A stretch of 64,000 nt of DNA from Auanema rhodensis (Eukaryota; Animalia; Nematoda): assembly GCA_964057225.1 (NCBI GenBank), contig OZ059900.1:21700001-21764000 (forward strand). Direction: 5' to 3'. The notes beneath the pieces were generated by a model, which saw only the letters and a program-made list of their open reading frames with translations, was not told the DNA's origin and did not search any database. Below, one piece after another: positions 28,901 through 45,000 of this stretch (position 1 is its first letter; each line of letters begins with the position of its first letter). The position numbers and the translations under genes are program-made.

Positions 28901-30789
28901 ATACTGTGTTTTTGTATTTTTCTAGTGTTCAGCATGTAAAATGCTTCATTTTAGTATGTAACACGCTGAAATTCGTTGCATTTGACGACTCATATGAACA
29001 AAAATCGATTTAATCAATATTAGCCATAAGGGGCGTGCCCTCAGAATATGCTAATTTCCTTAATTTTCTAACCCCTGTTTTTTTGTCGTGAAAGTGGAAC
29101 CAGACGTTGTACGAACAATTTTGAGCTAGGTTTCATTGACATTGCATGAGTTTGAACACATGAAATCGTAAGTCAAAACCTTGTTTACAGCGAAATTTCC
29201 AAAAACTGGTTTTCCAGCATAATAAAATATTTCTCATGGGAAATACTGTGTTTTTGTATTTTTCTAGTGTTCAGCATGTGAAATGCTTCATTTTAGTATG
29301 TAACACGCTGAAATTCGTTGCATTTGACGACTCATATGAACAAAAATCGATTTAATCAATATTAGCCATAAAGGGCGTGCCCTCAGAATATGCTAATTTC
29401 CTTAATTTTCTAACCCCTGTTTTTTTGTCGTTGAAAGTGGAACTAGACGTTGTAGGAACAATTTTGAGCTAGGTTTCATTGACATTGCATGAGTTTGAAC
29501 ACATGAAATCGTAAGTCAAAACCTTGTTTACAGCGAAATTTCCAAAAACTGGTTTTCCAGCATAATAAAATATTTCTCATGGGAAATACTGTGTTTTTGT
29601 ATTTTTCTAGTGTTCAGCATGTAAAATGCTTCATTTTAGTATGTAACACGCTGAAATTCGTTGCATTTGACGACTCATATGAACAAAAATCGATTTAATC
29701 AATATTAGCCATAAGGGGCGTGCCCTCAGAATATGCTAATTTCCTTAATTTTCTAACCCCTGTTTTTTTGTCGTGAAAGTGGAACTAGACGTTGTACGAA
29801 CAATTTTGAGCTAGGTTTCATTGACATTGCATGAGTTTGAACACATGAAATCGTAAGTCAAAACCTTGTTTACAGCGAAATTTCCAAAAACTGGTTTTCC
29901 AGCATAATAAAATATTTCTCATGGGAAATACTGTGTTTTTGTATTTTTCTAGTGTTCAGCATGTAAAATGCTTCATTTTAGTATGTAACACGCTGAAATT
30001 CGTTGCATTTGACGACTCATATGAACAAAAATCGATTTAATCAATATTAGCCATAAGGGGCGTGCCCTCAGAATATGCTAATTTCCTTAATTTTCTAACC
30101 CCTGTTTTTTTGTCGTGAAAGTGGAACTAGACGTTGTACGAACAATTTTGAGCTGGGTTTCATTGACATTGCATGAGTTTGAACACATGAAATCGTAAGT
30201 CAAAACCTTGTTTACAGCGAAATTTCCAAAAACTGGTTTTCCAGCATAATAAAATATTTCTCATGGGAAATACTGTGTTTTTGTATTTTTCTAGTGTTCA
30301 GCATGTAAAATGCTTCATTTTAGTATGTAACACGCTGAAATTCGTTGCATTTGACGACTCATATGAACAAAAATCGATTTAATCAATATTAGCCATAAGG
30401 GGCGTGCCCTCAGAATATGCTAATTTCCTTAATTTTCTAACCCCTGTTTTTTTGTCGTGAAAGTGGAACTAGACATTGTATTAACAATTTTGAGCTAGGT
30501 TTCATTGACATTGCATGAGTTTAAACACATGAAATCGTAAGTCAAAACCTTGTTTACAGCGAAATTTCCAAAAACTGGTTTTCCAGCATAATAAAATATT
30601 TCTCATGGGAAATACTGTGTTTTTGTATTTTTCTAGTGTTCAGCATGTAAAATGCTTCATTTTAGTATGTAACACGCTGAAATTCGTTGCATTTGACGAC
30701 TCATATGAACAAAAATCGATTTAATCAATATTAGCCATAAGGGGGCGTGCCCTCAGAATATGCTAATTTCCTTAATTTTCTAACCCCTG
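22919..30789 (+). repeat. Local higher-order repeat with a 13-monomer period (4448 bp)
   Basis: Insertion cgtTgaaag at 24981 and 29429, gcgaTattttca at 23031 and 27479, aaattTgtt at 23494 and 27942; all offsets are 4448 = 13x342+2. Confidence 0.88.
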
Positions 30790-33700
30790 TTTTTTTGTCG
30801 TGAAAGTGGAACTAGACGTTGTACGAACAATTTTGAGCTAGGTTTCATTGACATTGCATGAGTTTGAACACATGAAATCGTAAGTCAAAACCTTGTTTAC
30901 AGCGAAATTTCCAAAAACTGGTTTTCCAGCATAATAAAATATTTCTCATGGGAAATACTGTGTTTTTGTATTTTTCTAGTGTTCAGCATGTAAAATGCTT
31001 CATTTTAGTATGTAACACGCTGAAATTCGTTGCATTTGACGACTCATATGAACAAAAATCGATTTAATCAATATTAGCCATAAGGGGCGTGCCCTCAGAA
31101 TATGCTAATTTCCTTAATTTTCTAACCCCTGTTTTTTTGTCGTGAAAGTGGAACCAGACGTTGTACGAACAATTTTGAGCTAGGTTTCATTGACATTGCA
31201 TGAGTTTGAACACATGAAATCGTAAGTCAAAACCTTGTTTACAGCGAAATTTCCAAAAACTGGTTTTCCAGCATAATAAAATATTTCTCATGGGAAATAC
31301 TGTGTTTTTGTATTTTTCTAGTGTTCAGCATGTGAAATGCTTCATTTTAGTATGTAACACGCTGAAATTCGTTGCATTTGACGACTCATATGAACAAAAA
31401 TCGATTTAATCAATATTAGCCATAAAGGGCGTGCCCTCAGAATATGCTAATTTCCTTAATTTTCTAACCCCTGTTTTTTTGTCGTGAAAGTGGAACTAGA
31501 CGTTGTAGGAACAATTTTGAGCTAGGTTTCATTGACATTGCATGAGTTTGAACACATGAAATCGTAAGTCAAAACCTTGTTTACAGCGAAATTTCCAAAA
31601 ACTGGTTTTCCAGCATAATAAAATATTTCTCATGGGAAATACTGTGTTTTTGTATTTTTCTAGTGTTCAGCATGTAAAATGCTTCATTTTAGTATGTAAT
31701 ACGCTGAAATTCCTTGCATTTGACGACTCATATGAACAAAAATCGATTTAATCAATATTAGCCATAAGGGGCGTGCCCTCAGAATATGCTAATTTCCTTA
31801 ATTTTCTAACCCCTGTTTTTTTGTCGTGAAAGTGGAACTAGTCGTTGTACGAACAATTTTGAGCTAGGTTTCATTGACATTGCATGAGTTTGAACACATG
31901 AAATCGTAAGTCAAAACCTTGTTTACAGCGAAATTTCCAAAAACTGGTTTTCCAGCATAATAAAATATTTCTCATGGGAAATACTGTGTTTTTGTATTTT
32001 TCTAGTGTTCAGCATGTAAAATGCTTCATTTTAGTATGTAACACGCTGAAATTCGTTGCATTTGACGACTCATATGAACAAAAATCGATTTAATCAATAT
32101 TAGCCATAAAGGGCGTGCCCTCAGAATATGCTAATTTCCTTAATTTTCTAACCCCTGTTTTTTTGTCGTGAAAGTGGAACTAGACGTTGTAGGAACAATT
32201 TTGAGCTAGGTTTCATTGACATTGCATGAGTTTGAACACATGAAATCGTAAGTCAAAACCTTGTTTACAGCGAAATTTTCAAAAACTGGTTTTCCAGCAT
32301 AATAAAATATTTCTCATGGGAAATACTGTGTTTTTGTATTTTTCTAGTGTTCAGCATGTAAAATGCTTCATTTTAGTATGTAACACGCTGAAATTCGTTG
32401 CATTTGACGACTCATATGAACAAAAATCGATTTAATCAATATTAGCCATAAGGGGCGTGCCCTCAGAATATGCTAATTTCCTTAATTTTCTAACCCCTGT
32501 TTTTTTGTCGTGAAAGTGGAACTAGTCGTTGTACGAACAATTTTGAGCTAGGTTTCATTGACATTGCATGAGTTTGAACACATGAAATCGTAAGTCAAAA
32601 CCTTGTTTACAGCGAAATTTCCAAAAACTGGTTTTCCAGCATAATAAAATATTTCTCATGGGAAATACTGTGTTTTTGTATTTTTCTAGTGTTCAGCATG
32701 TAAAATGCTTCATTTTAGTATGTAACACGCTGAAATTCGTTGCATTTGACGACTCATATGAACAAAAATCGATTTAATCAATATTAGCCATAAGGGGCGT
32801 GCCCTCAGAATATGCTAATTTCCTTAATTTTCTAACCCCTGTTTTTTTGTCGTAAAAGTGGAACTAGACGTTGTACGAACAATTTTGAGCTAGGTTTCAT
32901 TGACATTGCATGAGTTTGAACACATGAAATCGTAAGTCAAAACCTTGTTTACAGCGAAATTTCCAAAAACTGGTTTTCCAGCATAATAAAATTATTCTCA
33001 TGGGAAATACTGTGTTTTTGTATTTTTCTAGTGTTCAGCATGTAAAATGCTTCATTTTAGTATGTAACACGCTGAAATTCGTTGCATTTGACGACTCATA
33101 TGAACAAAAATCGATTTAATCAATATTAGCCATAAGGGGCGTGCCCTCAGAATATGCTAATTTCCTTAATTTTCTAACCCCTGTTTTTTTGTCGTGAAAG
33201 TGGAACTAGACGTTGTACGAACAATTTTGAGCTAGGTTTCATTGACATTGCATGAGTTTGAACACATGAAATCGTAAGTCAAAACCTTGTTTACAGCGAA
33301 ATTTCCAAAAACTGGTTTTCCAGCATAATAAAATATTTCTCATGGGAAATACTGTGTTTTTGTATTTTTCTAGTGTTCAGCATGTAAAATGCTTCATTTT
33401 AGTATGTAACACGCTGAAATTCGTTGCATTTGACGACTCATATGAACAAAAATCGATTTAATCAATATTAGCCATAAGGGGCGTGCCCTCAGAATATGCT
33501 AATTTCCTTAATTTTCTAACCCCTGTTTTTTTGTCGTGAAAGTGGAACTAGACGTTGTACGAACAATTTTGAGCTAGGTTTCATTGACATTGCATGAGTT
33601 TGAACACATGAAATCGTAAGTCAAAACCTTGTTTACAGCGAAATTTCCAAAAACTGGTTTTCCAGCATAATAAAATATTTCTCATGGGAAATACTGTGTT

Positions 33701-36700
33701 TTTGTATTTTTCTAGTGTTCAGCATGTAAAATGCTTCATTTTAGTATGTAACACGCTGAAATTCGTTGCATTTGACGACTCATATGAACAAAAATCGATT
33801 TAATCAATATTAGCCATAAAGGGCGTGCCCTCAGAATATGCTAATTTCCTTAATTTTCTAACCCCTGTTTTTTTGTCGTGAAAGTGGAACTAGACGTTGT
33901 AGGAACAATTTTGAGCTAGGTTTCATTGACATTGCATGAGTTTGAACACATGAAATCGTAAGTCAAAACCTTGTTTACAGCGAAATTTTCAAAAACTGGT
34001 TTTCCAGCATAATAAAATATTTCTCATGGGAAATACTGTGTTTTTGTATTTTTCTAGTGTTCAGCATGTAAAATGCTTCATTTTAGTATGTAACACGCTG
34101 AAATTCGTTGCATTTGACGACTCATATGAACAAAAATCGATTTAATCAATATTAGCCATAAGGGGCGTGCCCTCAGAATATGCTAATTTCCTTAATTTTC
34201 TAACCCCTGTTTTTTTGTCGTGAAAGTGGAACTAGACGTTGTACGAACAATTTTGAGCTAGGTTTCATTGACATTGCATGAGTTTGAACACATGAAATCG
34301 TAAGTCAAAACCTTGTTTACAGCGAAATTTCCAAAAACTGGTTTTCCAGCATAATAAAATATTTCTCATGGGAAATACTGTGTTTTTGTATTTTTCTAGT
34401 GTTCAGCATGTAAAATGCTTCATTTTAGTATGTAACACGCTGAAATTCGTTGCATTTGACGACTCATATGAACAAAAATCGATTTAATCAATATTAGCCA
34501 TAAGGGGGCGTGCCCTCAGAATATGCTAATTTCCTTAATTTTCTAACCCCTGTTTTTTTGTCGTGAAAGTGGAACTAGACGTTGTACGAACAATTTTGAG
34601 CTAGGTTTCATTGACATTGCATGAGTTTGAACACATGAAATCGTAAGTCAAAACCTTGTTTACAGCGAAATATCCAAAAACTGGTTTTCCAGCATAATAA
34701 AATATTTCTCATGGGTATTACTGTGTTTTTGTATTTTTCTAGTGTTCAGCATGTAAAATGCTTCATTTTAGTATGTAACACGCTGAAATTTGTTGCATTT
34801 GACGACTCATATGAACAAAAATCGATTTAATCAATATTAGCCATAAGGGGCGTGCCCTCAGAATATGCTAATTTCCTTAATTTTCTAACCCCTGTTTTTT
34901 TGTCGTGAAAGTGGAACTAGACGTTGTACGAACAATTTTGAGCTAGGTTTCATTGACATTGCATGAGTTTGAACACATGAAATCGTAAGTCAAAACCTTG
35001 TTTACAGCGAAATTTCCAAAAACTGGTTTTCCAGCATAATAAAATATTTCTCATGGGAAATACTGTGTTTTTGTATTTTTCTAGTGTTCAGCATGTGAAA
35101 TGCTTCATTTTAGTATGTAACACGCTGAAATTCGTTGCATTTGACGACTCATATGAACAAAAATCGATTTAATCAATATTAGCCATAAAGGGCGTGCCCT
35201 CAGAATATGCTAATTTCCTTAATTTTCTAACCCCTGTTTTTTTGTCGTGAAAGTGGAACTAGACGTTGTAGGAACAATTTTGAGCTAGGTTTCATTGACA
35301 TTGCATGAGTTTGAACACATGAAATCGTAAGTCAAAACCTTGTTTACAGCGAAATTTCCAAAAACTGGTTTTCCAGCATAATAAAATATTTCTCATGGGA
35401 AATACTGTGTTTTTGTATTTTTCTAGTGTTCAGCATGTAAAATGCTTCATTTTAGTATGTAACACGCTGAAATTCGTTGCATTTGACGACTCATATGAAC
35501 AAAAATCGATTTAATCAATATTAGCCATAAGGGGCGTGCCCTCAGAATATGCTAATTTCCTTAATTTTCTAACCCCTGTTTTTTTGTCGTGAAAGTGGAA
35601 CTAGACGTTGTACGAACAATTTTGAGCTGGGTTTCATTGACATTGCATGAGTTTGAACACATGAAATCGTAAGTCAAAACCTTGTTTACAGCGAAATTTC
35701 CAAAAACTGGTTTTCCAGCATAATAAAATATTTCTCATGGGAAATACTGTGTTTTTGTATTTTTCTAGTGTTCAGCATGTAAAATGCTTCATTTTAGTAT
35801 GTAACACGCTGAAATTCGTTGCATTTGACGACTCATATGAACAAAAATCGATTTAATCAATATTAGCCATAAGGGGCGTGCCCTCAGAATATGCTAATTT
35901 CCTTAATTTTCTAACCCCTGTTTTTTTGTCGTGAAAGTGGAACTAGACATTGTATTAACAATTTAGAGCTAGGTTTCATTGACATTGCATGAGTTTAAAC
36001 ACATGAAATCGTAAGTCAAAACCTTGTTTACAGCGAAATTTCCAAAAACTGGTTTTCCAGCATAATAAAATATTTCTCATGGGAAATACTGTGTTTTTGT
36101 ATTTTTCTAGTGTTCAGCATGTAAAATGCTTCATTTTAGTATGTAACACGCTGAAATTCGTTGCATTTGACGACTCATATGAACAAAAATCGATTTAATC
36201 AATATTAGCCATAAGGGGGCGTGCCCTCAGAATATGCTAATTTCCTTAATTTTCTAACCCCTGTTTTTTTGTCGTGAAAGTGGAACTAGACGTTGTAGGA
36301 ACAATTTTGAGCTAGGTTTCATTGACATTGCATGAGTTTGAACACATGAAATCGTAAGTCAAAACCTTGTTTACAGCGAAATTTCCAAAAACTGGTTTTC
36401 CAGCATAATAAAATATTTCTCATGGGAAATACTGTGTTTTTGTATTTTTCTAGTGTTCAGCATGTAAAATGCTTCATTTTAGTATGTAACACGCTGAAAT
36501 TCGTTGCATTTGACGACTCATATGAACAAAAATCGATTTAATCAATATTAGCCATAAGGGGCGTGCCCTCAGAATATGCTAATTTCCTTAATTTTCTAAC
36601 CCCTGTTTTTTTGTCGTGAAAGTGGAACTAGACGTTGTAGGAACAAATTTGAGCTAGGTTTCATTGACATTGCATGAGTTTGAACACATGAAATCGTAAG

Positions 36701-39700
36701 TCAAAACCTTGTTTACAGCGATATTTTCAAAAACTGGTTTTCCAGCATAATAAAATATTTCTCATGGGAAATACTGTGTTTTTGTATTTTTCTAGTGTTC
36801 AGCATGTAAAATGCTTCATTTTAGTATGTAACACGCTGAAATTCGTTGCATTTGACGACTCATATGAACAAAAATCGATTTAATCAATATTAGCCATAAG
36901 GGGCGTGCCCTCAGAATATGCTAATTTCCTTAATTTTCTAACCCCTGTTTTTTTGTCGTGAAAGTGGAACTAGACGTTGTACGAACAATTTTGAGCTAGG
37001 TTTCATTGACATTGCATGAGTTTGAACACATGAAATCGTAAGTCAAAACCTTGTTTACAGCGAAATTTCCAAAAACTGGTTTTCCAGCATAATAAAATAT
37101 TTCTCATGGGAAATACTGTGTTTTTGTATTTTTCTAGTGTTCAGCATGTAAAATGCTTCATTTTAGTATGTAACACGCTGAAATTCGTTGCATTTGACGA
37201 CTCATATGAACAAAAATCGATTTAATCAATATTAGCCATAAGGGGCGTGCCCTCAGAATATGCTAATTTCCTTAATTTTCTAACCCCTGTTTTTTTGTCG
37301 TGAAAGTGGAACTAGACGTTGTACGAACAATTTTGAGCTGGGTTTCATTGACATTGCATGAGTTTGAACACATGAAATCGTAAGTCAAAACCTTGTTTAC
37401 AGCGAAATTTCCAAAAACTGGTTTTCCAGCATAATAAAATATTTCTCATGGGAAATACTGTGTTTTTGTATTTTTCTAGTGTTCAGCATGTAAAATGCTT
37501 CATTTTAGTATGTAACACGCTGAAATTCGTTGCATTTGACGACTCATATGAACAAAAATCGATTTAATCAATATTAGCCATAAGGGGCGTGCCCTCAGAA
37601 TATGCTAATTTCCTTAATTTTCTAACCCCTGTTTTTTTGTCGTGAAAGTGGAACTAGACATTGTATTAACAATTTTGAGCTAGGTTTCATTGACATTGCA
37701 TGAGTTTAAACACATGAAATCGTAAGTCAAAACCTTGTTTACAGCGAAATTTCCAAAAACTGGTTTTCCAGCATAATAAAATATTTCTCATGGGAAATAC
37801 TGTGTTTTTGTATTTTTCTAGTGTTCAGCATGTAAAATGCTTCATTTTAGTATGTAACACGCTGAAATTCGTTGCATTTGACGACTCATATGAACAAAAA
37901 TCGATTTAATCAATATTAGCCATAAGGGGGCGTGCCCTCAGAATATGCTAATTTCCTTAATTTTCTAACCCCTGTTTTTTTGTCGTGAAAGTGGAACTAG
38001 ACGTTGTACGAACAATTTTGAGCTAGGTTTCATTGACATTGCATGAGTTTGAACACATGAAATCGTAAGTCAAAACCTTGTTTACAGCGAAATTTCCAAA
38101 AACTGGTTTTCCAGCATAATAAAATATTTCTCATGGGAAATACTGTGTTTTTGTATTTTTCTAGTGTTCAGCATGTAAAATGCTTCATTTTAGTATGTAA
38201 CACGCTGAAATTCGTTGCATTTGACGACTCATATGAACAAAAATCGATTTAATCAATATTAGCCATAAGGGGCGTGCCCTCAGAATATGCTAATTTCCTT
38301 AATTTTCTAACCCCTGTTTTTTTGTCGTGAAAGTGGAACCAGACGTTGTACGAACAATTTTGAGCTAGGTTTCATTGACATTGCATGAGTTTGAACACAT
38401 GAAATCGTAAGTCAAAACCTTGTTTACAGCGAAATTTCCAAAAACTGGTTTTCCAGCATAATAAAATATTTCTCATGGGAAATACTGTGTTTTTGTATTT
38501 TTCTAGTGTTCAGCATGTGAAATGCTTCATTTTAGTATGTAACACGCTGAAATTCGTTGCATTTGACGACTCATATGAACAAAAATCGATTTAATCAATA
38601 TTAGCCATAAAGGGCGTGCCCTCAGAATATGCTAATTTCCTTAATTTTCTAACCCCTGTTTTTTTGTCGTGAAAGTGGAACTAGACGTTGTAGGAACAAT
38701 TTTGAGCTAGGTTTCATTGACATTGCATGAGTTTGAACACATGAAATCGTAAGTCAAAACCTTGTTTACAGCGAAATTTCCAAAAACTGGTTTTCCAGCA
38801 TAATAAAGTATTTCTCATGGGAAATACTGTGTTTTTGTATTTTTCTAGTGTTCAGCATGTAAAATGCTTCATTTTAGTATGTAACACGCTGAAATTCGTT
38901 GCATTTGACGACTCATATGAACAAAAATCGATTTAATCAATATTAGCCATAAGGGGCGTGCCCTCAGAATATGCTAATTTCCTTAATTTTCTAACCCCTG
39001 TTTTTTTGTCGTGAAAGTGGAACTAGACGTTGTACGAACAATTTTGAGCTAGGTTTCATTGACATTGCATGAGTTTGAACACATGAAATCGTAAGTCAAA
39101 ACCTTGTTTACAGCGAAATTTCCAAAAACTGGTTTTCCAGCATAATAAAATATTTCTCATGGGAAATACTGTGTTTTTGTATTTTTCTAGTGTTCAGCAT
39201 GTAAAATGCTTCATTTTAGTATGTAACACGCTGAAATTCGTTGCATTTGACGACTCATATGAACAAAAATCGATTTAATCAATATTAGCCATAAGGGGCG
39301 TGCCCTCAGAATATGCTAATTTCCTTAATTTTCTAACCCCTGTTTTTTTGTCGTGAAAGTGGAACTAGACGTTGTACGAACAATTTTGAGCTGGGTTTCA
39401 TTGACATTGCATGAGTTTGAACACATGAAATCGTAAGTCAAAACCTTGTTTACAGCGAAATTTCCAAAAACTGGTTTTCCAGCATAATAAAATATTTCTC
39501 ATGGGAAATACTGTGTTTTTGTATTTTTCTAGTGTTCAGCATGTAAAATGCTTCATTTTAGTATGTAACACGCTGAAATTCGTTGCATTTGACGACTCAT
39601 ATGAACAAAAATCGATTTAATCAATATTAGCCATAAGGGGGCGTGCCCTCAGAATATGCTAATTTCCTTAATTTTCTAACCCCTGTTTTTTTGTCGTGAA

Positions 39701-42079
39701 AGTGGAACTAGACGTTGTACGAACAATTTTGAGCTAGGTTTCATTGACATTGCATGAGTTTGAACACATGAAATCGTAAGTCAAAACCTTGTTTACAGCG
39801 AAATTTCCAAAAACTGGTTTTCCAGCATAATAAAATATTTCTCATGGGAAATACTGTGTTTTTGTATTTTTCTAGTGTTCAGCATGTAAAATGCTTCATT
39901 TTAGTATGTAACACGCTGAAATTCGTTGCATTTGACGACTCATATGAACAAAAATCGATTTAATCAATATTAGCCATAAGGGGCGTGCCCTCAGAATATG
40001 CTAATTTCCTTAATTTTCTAACCCCTGTTTTTTTGTCGTGAAAGTGGAACCAGACGTTGTACGAACAATTTTGAGCTAGGTTTCATTGACATTGCATGAG
40101 TTTGAACACATGAAATCGTAAGTCAAAACCTTGTTTACAGCGAAATTTCCAAAAACTGGTTTTCCAGCATAATAAAATATTTCTCATGGGAAATACTGTG
40201 TTTTTGTATTTTTCTAGTGTTCAGCATGTGAAATGCTTCATTTTAGTATGTAACACGCTGAAATTCGTTGCATTTGACGACTCATATGAACAAAAATCGA
40301 TTTAATCAATATTAGCCATAAAGGGCGTGCCCTCAGAATATGCTAATTTCCTTAATTTTCTAACCCCTGTTTTTTTGTCGTGAAAGTGGAACTAGACGTT
40401 GTAGGAACAATTTTGAGCTAGGTTTCATTGACATTGCATGAGTTTGAACACATGAAATCGTAAGTCAAAACCTTGTTTACAGCGAAATTTCCAAAAACTG
40501 GTTTTCCAGCATAATAAAATATTTCTCATGGGAAATACTGTGTTTTTGTATTTTTCTAGTGTTCAGCATGTAAAATGCTTCATTTTAGTATGTAACACGC
40601 TGAAATTCGTTGCATTTGACGACTCATATGAACAAAAATCGATTTAATCAATATTAGCCATAAGGGGCGTGCCCTCAGAATATGCTAATTTCCTTAATTT
40701 TCTAACCCCTGTTTTTTTGTCGTGAAAGTGGAACTAGACGTTGTACGAACAATTTTGAGCTAGGTTTCATTGACATTGCATGAGTTTGAACACATGAAAT
40801 CGTAAGTCAAAACCTTGTTTACAGCGAAATTTCCAAAAACTGGTTTTCCAGCATAATAAAATATTTCTCATGGGAAATACTGTGTTTTTGTATTTTTCTA
40901 GTGTTCAGCATGTAAAATGCTTCATTTTAGTATGTAACACGCTGAAATTCGTTGCATTTGACGACTCATATGAACAAAAATCGATTTAATCAATATTAGC
41001 CATAAAGGGCGTGCCCTCAGAATATGCTAATTTCCTTTATTTTCTAACCCCTGTTTTTTTGTCGTGAAAGTGGAACTAGACGTTGTAGGAACAATTTTGA
41101 GCTAGGTTTCATTGACATTGCATGAGTTTGAACACATGAAATCGTAAGTCAAAACCTTGTTTACAGCGAAATTTTCAAAAACTGGTTTTCCAGCATAATA
41201 AAATATTTCTCATGGGAAATACTGTGTTTTTGTATTTTTCTAGTGTTCAGCATGTAAAATGCTTCATTTTAGTATGTAACACGCTGAAATTCGTTGCATT
41301 TGACGACTCATATGAACAAAAATCGATTTAATCAATATTAGCCATAAGGGGCGTGCCCTCAGAATATGCTAATTTCCTTAATTTTCTAACCCCTGTTTTT
41401 TTGTCGTGAAAGTGGAACTAGTCGTTGTACGAACAATTTTGAGCTAGGTTTCATTGACATTGCATGAGTTTGAACACATGAAATCGTAAGTCAAAACCTT
41501 GTTTACAGCGAAATTTCCAAAAACTGGTTTTCCAGCATAATAAAATATTTCTCATGGGAAATACTGTGTTTTTGTATTTTTCTAGTGTTCAGCATGTAAA
41601 ATGCTTCATTTTAGTATGTAACACGCTGAAATTCGTTGCATTTGACGACTCATATGAACAAAAATCGATTTAATCAATATTAGCCATAAAGGGCGTGCCC
41701 TCAGAATATGCTAATTTCCTTAATTTTCTAACCCCTGTTTTTTTGTCGTGAAAGTGGAACTAGACGTTGTAGGAACAATTTTGAGCTAGGTTTCATTGAC
41801 ATTGCATGAGTTTGAACACATGAAATCGTAAGTCAAAACCTTGTTTACAGCGAAATTTTCAAAAACTGGTTTTCCAGCATAATAAAATATTTCTCATGGG
41901 AAATACTGTGTTTTTGTATTTTTCTAGTGTTCAGCATGTAAAATGCTTCATTTTAGTATGTAACACGCTGAAATTCGTTGCATTTGACGACTCATATGAA
42001 CAAAAATCGATTTAATCAATATTAGCCATAAGGGGCGTGCCCTCAGAATATGCTAATTTCCTTAATTTTCTAACCCCTG

Positions 42080-45000
42080 TTTTTTTGTCGTGAAAGTGGA
42101 ACTAGTCGTTGTACGAACAATTTTGAGCTAGGTTTCATTGACATTGCATGAGTTTGAACACATGAAATCGTAAGTCAAAACCTTGTTTACAGCGAAATTT
42201 CCAAAAACTGGTTTTCCAGCATAATAAAATATTTCTCATGGGAAATACTGTGTTTTTGTATTTTTCTAGTGTTCAGCATGTAAAATGCTTCATTTTAGTA
42301 TGTAACACGCTGAAATTCGTTGCATTTGACGACTCATATGAACAAAAATCGATTTAATCAATATTAGCCATAAGGGGCGTGCCCTCAGAATATGCTAATT
42401 TCCTTAATTTTCTAACCCCTGTTTTTTTGTCGTAAAAGTGGAACTAGACGTTGTACGAACAATTTTGAGCTAGGTTTCATTGACATTGCATGAGTTTGAA
42501 CACATGAAATCGTAAGTCAAAACCTTGTTTACAGCGAAATTTCCAAAAACTGGTTTTCCAGCATAATAAAATTATTCTCATGGGAAATACTGTGTTTTTG
42601 TATTTTTCTAGTGTTCAGCATGTAAAATGCTTCATTTTAGTATGTAACACGCTGAAATTCGTTGCATTTGACGACTCATATGAACAAAAATCGATTTAAT
42701 CAATATTAGCCATAAGGGGCGTGCCCTCAGAATATGCTAATTTCCTTAATTTTCTAACCCCTGTTTTTTTGTCGTGAAAGTGGAACTAGACGTTGTACGA
42801 ACAATTTTGAGCTAGGTTTCATTGACATTGCATGAGTTTGAACACATGAAATCGTAAGTCAAAACCTTGTTTACAGCGAAATTTCCAAAAACTGGTTTTC
42901 CAGCATAATAAAATATTTCTCATGGGAAATACTGTGTTTTTGTATTTTTCTAGTGTTCAGCATGTAAAATGCTTCATTTTAGTATGTAACACGCTGAAAT
43001 TCGTTGCATTTGACGACTCATATGAACAAAAATCGATTTAATCAATATTAGCCATAAAGGGCGTGCCCTCAGAATATGCTAATTTCCTTAATTTTCTAAC
43101 CCCTGTTTTTTTGTCGTGAAAGTGGAACTAGACGTTGTAGGAACAATTTTGAGCTAGGTTTCATTGACATTGCATGAGTTTGAACACATGAAATCGTAAG
43201 TCAAAACCTTGTTTACAGCGAAATTTCCAAAAACTGGTTTTCCAGCATAATAAAATATTTCTCATGGGAAATACTGTGTTTTTGTATTTTTCTAGTGTTC
43301 AGCATGTAAAATGCTTCATTTTAGTACGTAACACGCTGAAATTCGTTGCATTTGACGACTCATATGAACAAAAATCGATTTAATCAATATTAGCCATAAG
43401 GGGCGTGCCCTCAGAATATGCTAATTTCCTTAATTTTCTAACCCCTGTTTTTTTGTCGTGAAAGTGGAACTAGACGTTGTACGAACAATTTTGAGCTAGG
43501 TTTCATTGACATTGCATGAGTTTGAACACATGAAATCGTAAGTCAAAACCTTGTTTACAGCGAAATTTCCAAAAACTGGTTTTCCAGCATAATAAAATAT
43601 TTCTCATGGGAAATACTGTGTTTTTGTATTTTTCTAGTGTTCAGCATGTAAAATGCTTCATTTTAGTATGTAACACGCTGAAATTCGTTGCATTTGACGA
43701 CTCATATGAACAAAAATCGATTTAATCAATATTAGCCATAAAGGGCGTGCCCTCAGAATATGCTAATTTCCTTAATTTTCTAACCCCTGTTTTTTTGTCG
43801 TGAAAGTGGAACTAGACGTTGTAGGAACAATTTTGAGCTAGGTTTCATTGACATTGCATGAGTTTGAACACATGAAATCGTAAGTCAAAACCTTGTTTAC
43901 AGCGAAATTTTCAAAAACTGGTTTTCCAGCATAATAAAATATTTCTCATGGGAAATACTGTGTTTTTGTATTTTTCTAGTGTTCAGCATGTAAAATGCTT
44001 CATTTTAGTATGTAACACGCTGAAATTCGTTGCATTTGACGACTCATATGAACAAAAATCGATTTAATCAATATTAGCCATAAGGGGCGTGCCCTCAGAA
44101 TATGCTAATTTCCTTAATTTTCTAACCCCTGTTTTTTTGTCGTGAAAGTGGAACTAGACGTTGTACGAACAATTTTGAGCTAGGTTTCATTGACATTGCA
44201 TGAGTTTGAACACATGAAATCGTAAGTCAAAACCTTGTTTACAGCGAAATTTCCAAAAACTGGTTTTCCAGCATAATAAAATATTTCTCATGGGAAATAC
44301 TGTGTTTTTGTATTTTTCTAGTGTTCAGCATGTAAAATGCTTCATTTTAGTATGTAACACGCTGAAATTCGTTGCATTTGACGACTCATATGAACAAAAA
44401 TCGATTTAATCAATATTAGCCATAAAGGGCGTGCCCTCAGAATATGCTAATTTCCTTAATTTTCTAACCCCTGTTTTTTTGTCCTGAAAGTGGAACTAGA
44501 CATTGTATTAACAATTTTGAGCTAGGTTTCATTGACATTGCATGAGTTTGAACACATGAAATCGTAAGTCAAAACCTTGTTTACAGCGAAATTTCCAAAA
44601 ACTGGTTTTCCAGCATAATAAAATATTTCTCATGGGTATTACTGTGTTTTTGTATTTTTCTAGTGTTCAGCATGTAAAATGCTTCATTTTAGTATGTAAC
44701 ACGCTGAAATTCGTTGCATTTGACGACTCATATGAACAAAAATCGATTTAATCAATATTAGCCATAAAGGGCGTGCCCTCAGAATATGCTAATTTCCTTA
44801 ATTTTCTAACCCCTGTTTTTTTGTCGTGAAAGTGGAACTAGACGTTGTAGGAACAATTTTGAGCTAGGTTTCATTGACATTGCATGAGTTTGAACACATG
44901 AAATCGTAAGTCAAAACCTTGTTTACAGCGAAATTTCCAAAAACTGGTTTTCCAGCATAATAAAATATTTCTCATGGGTATTACTGTGTTTTTGTATTTT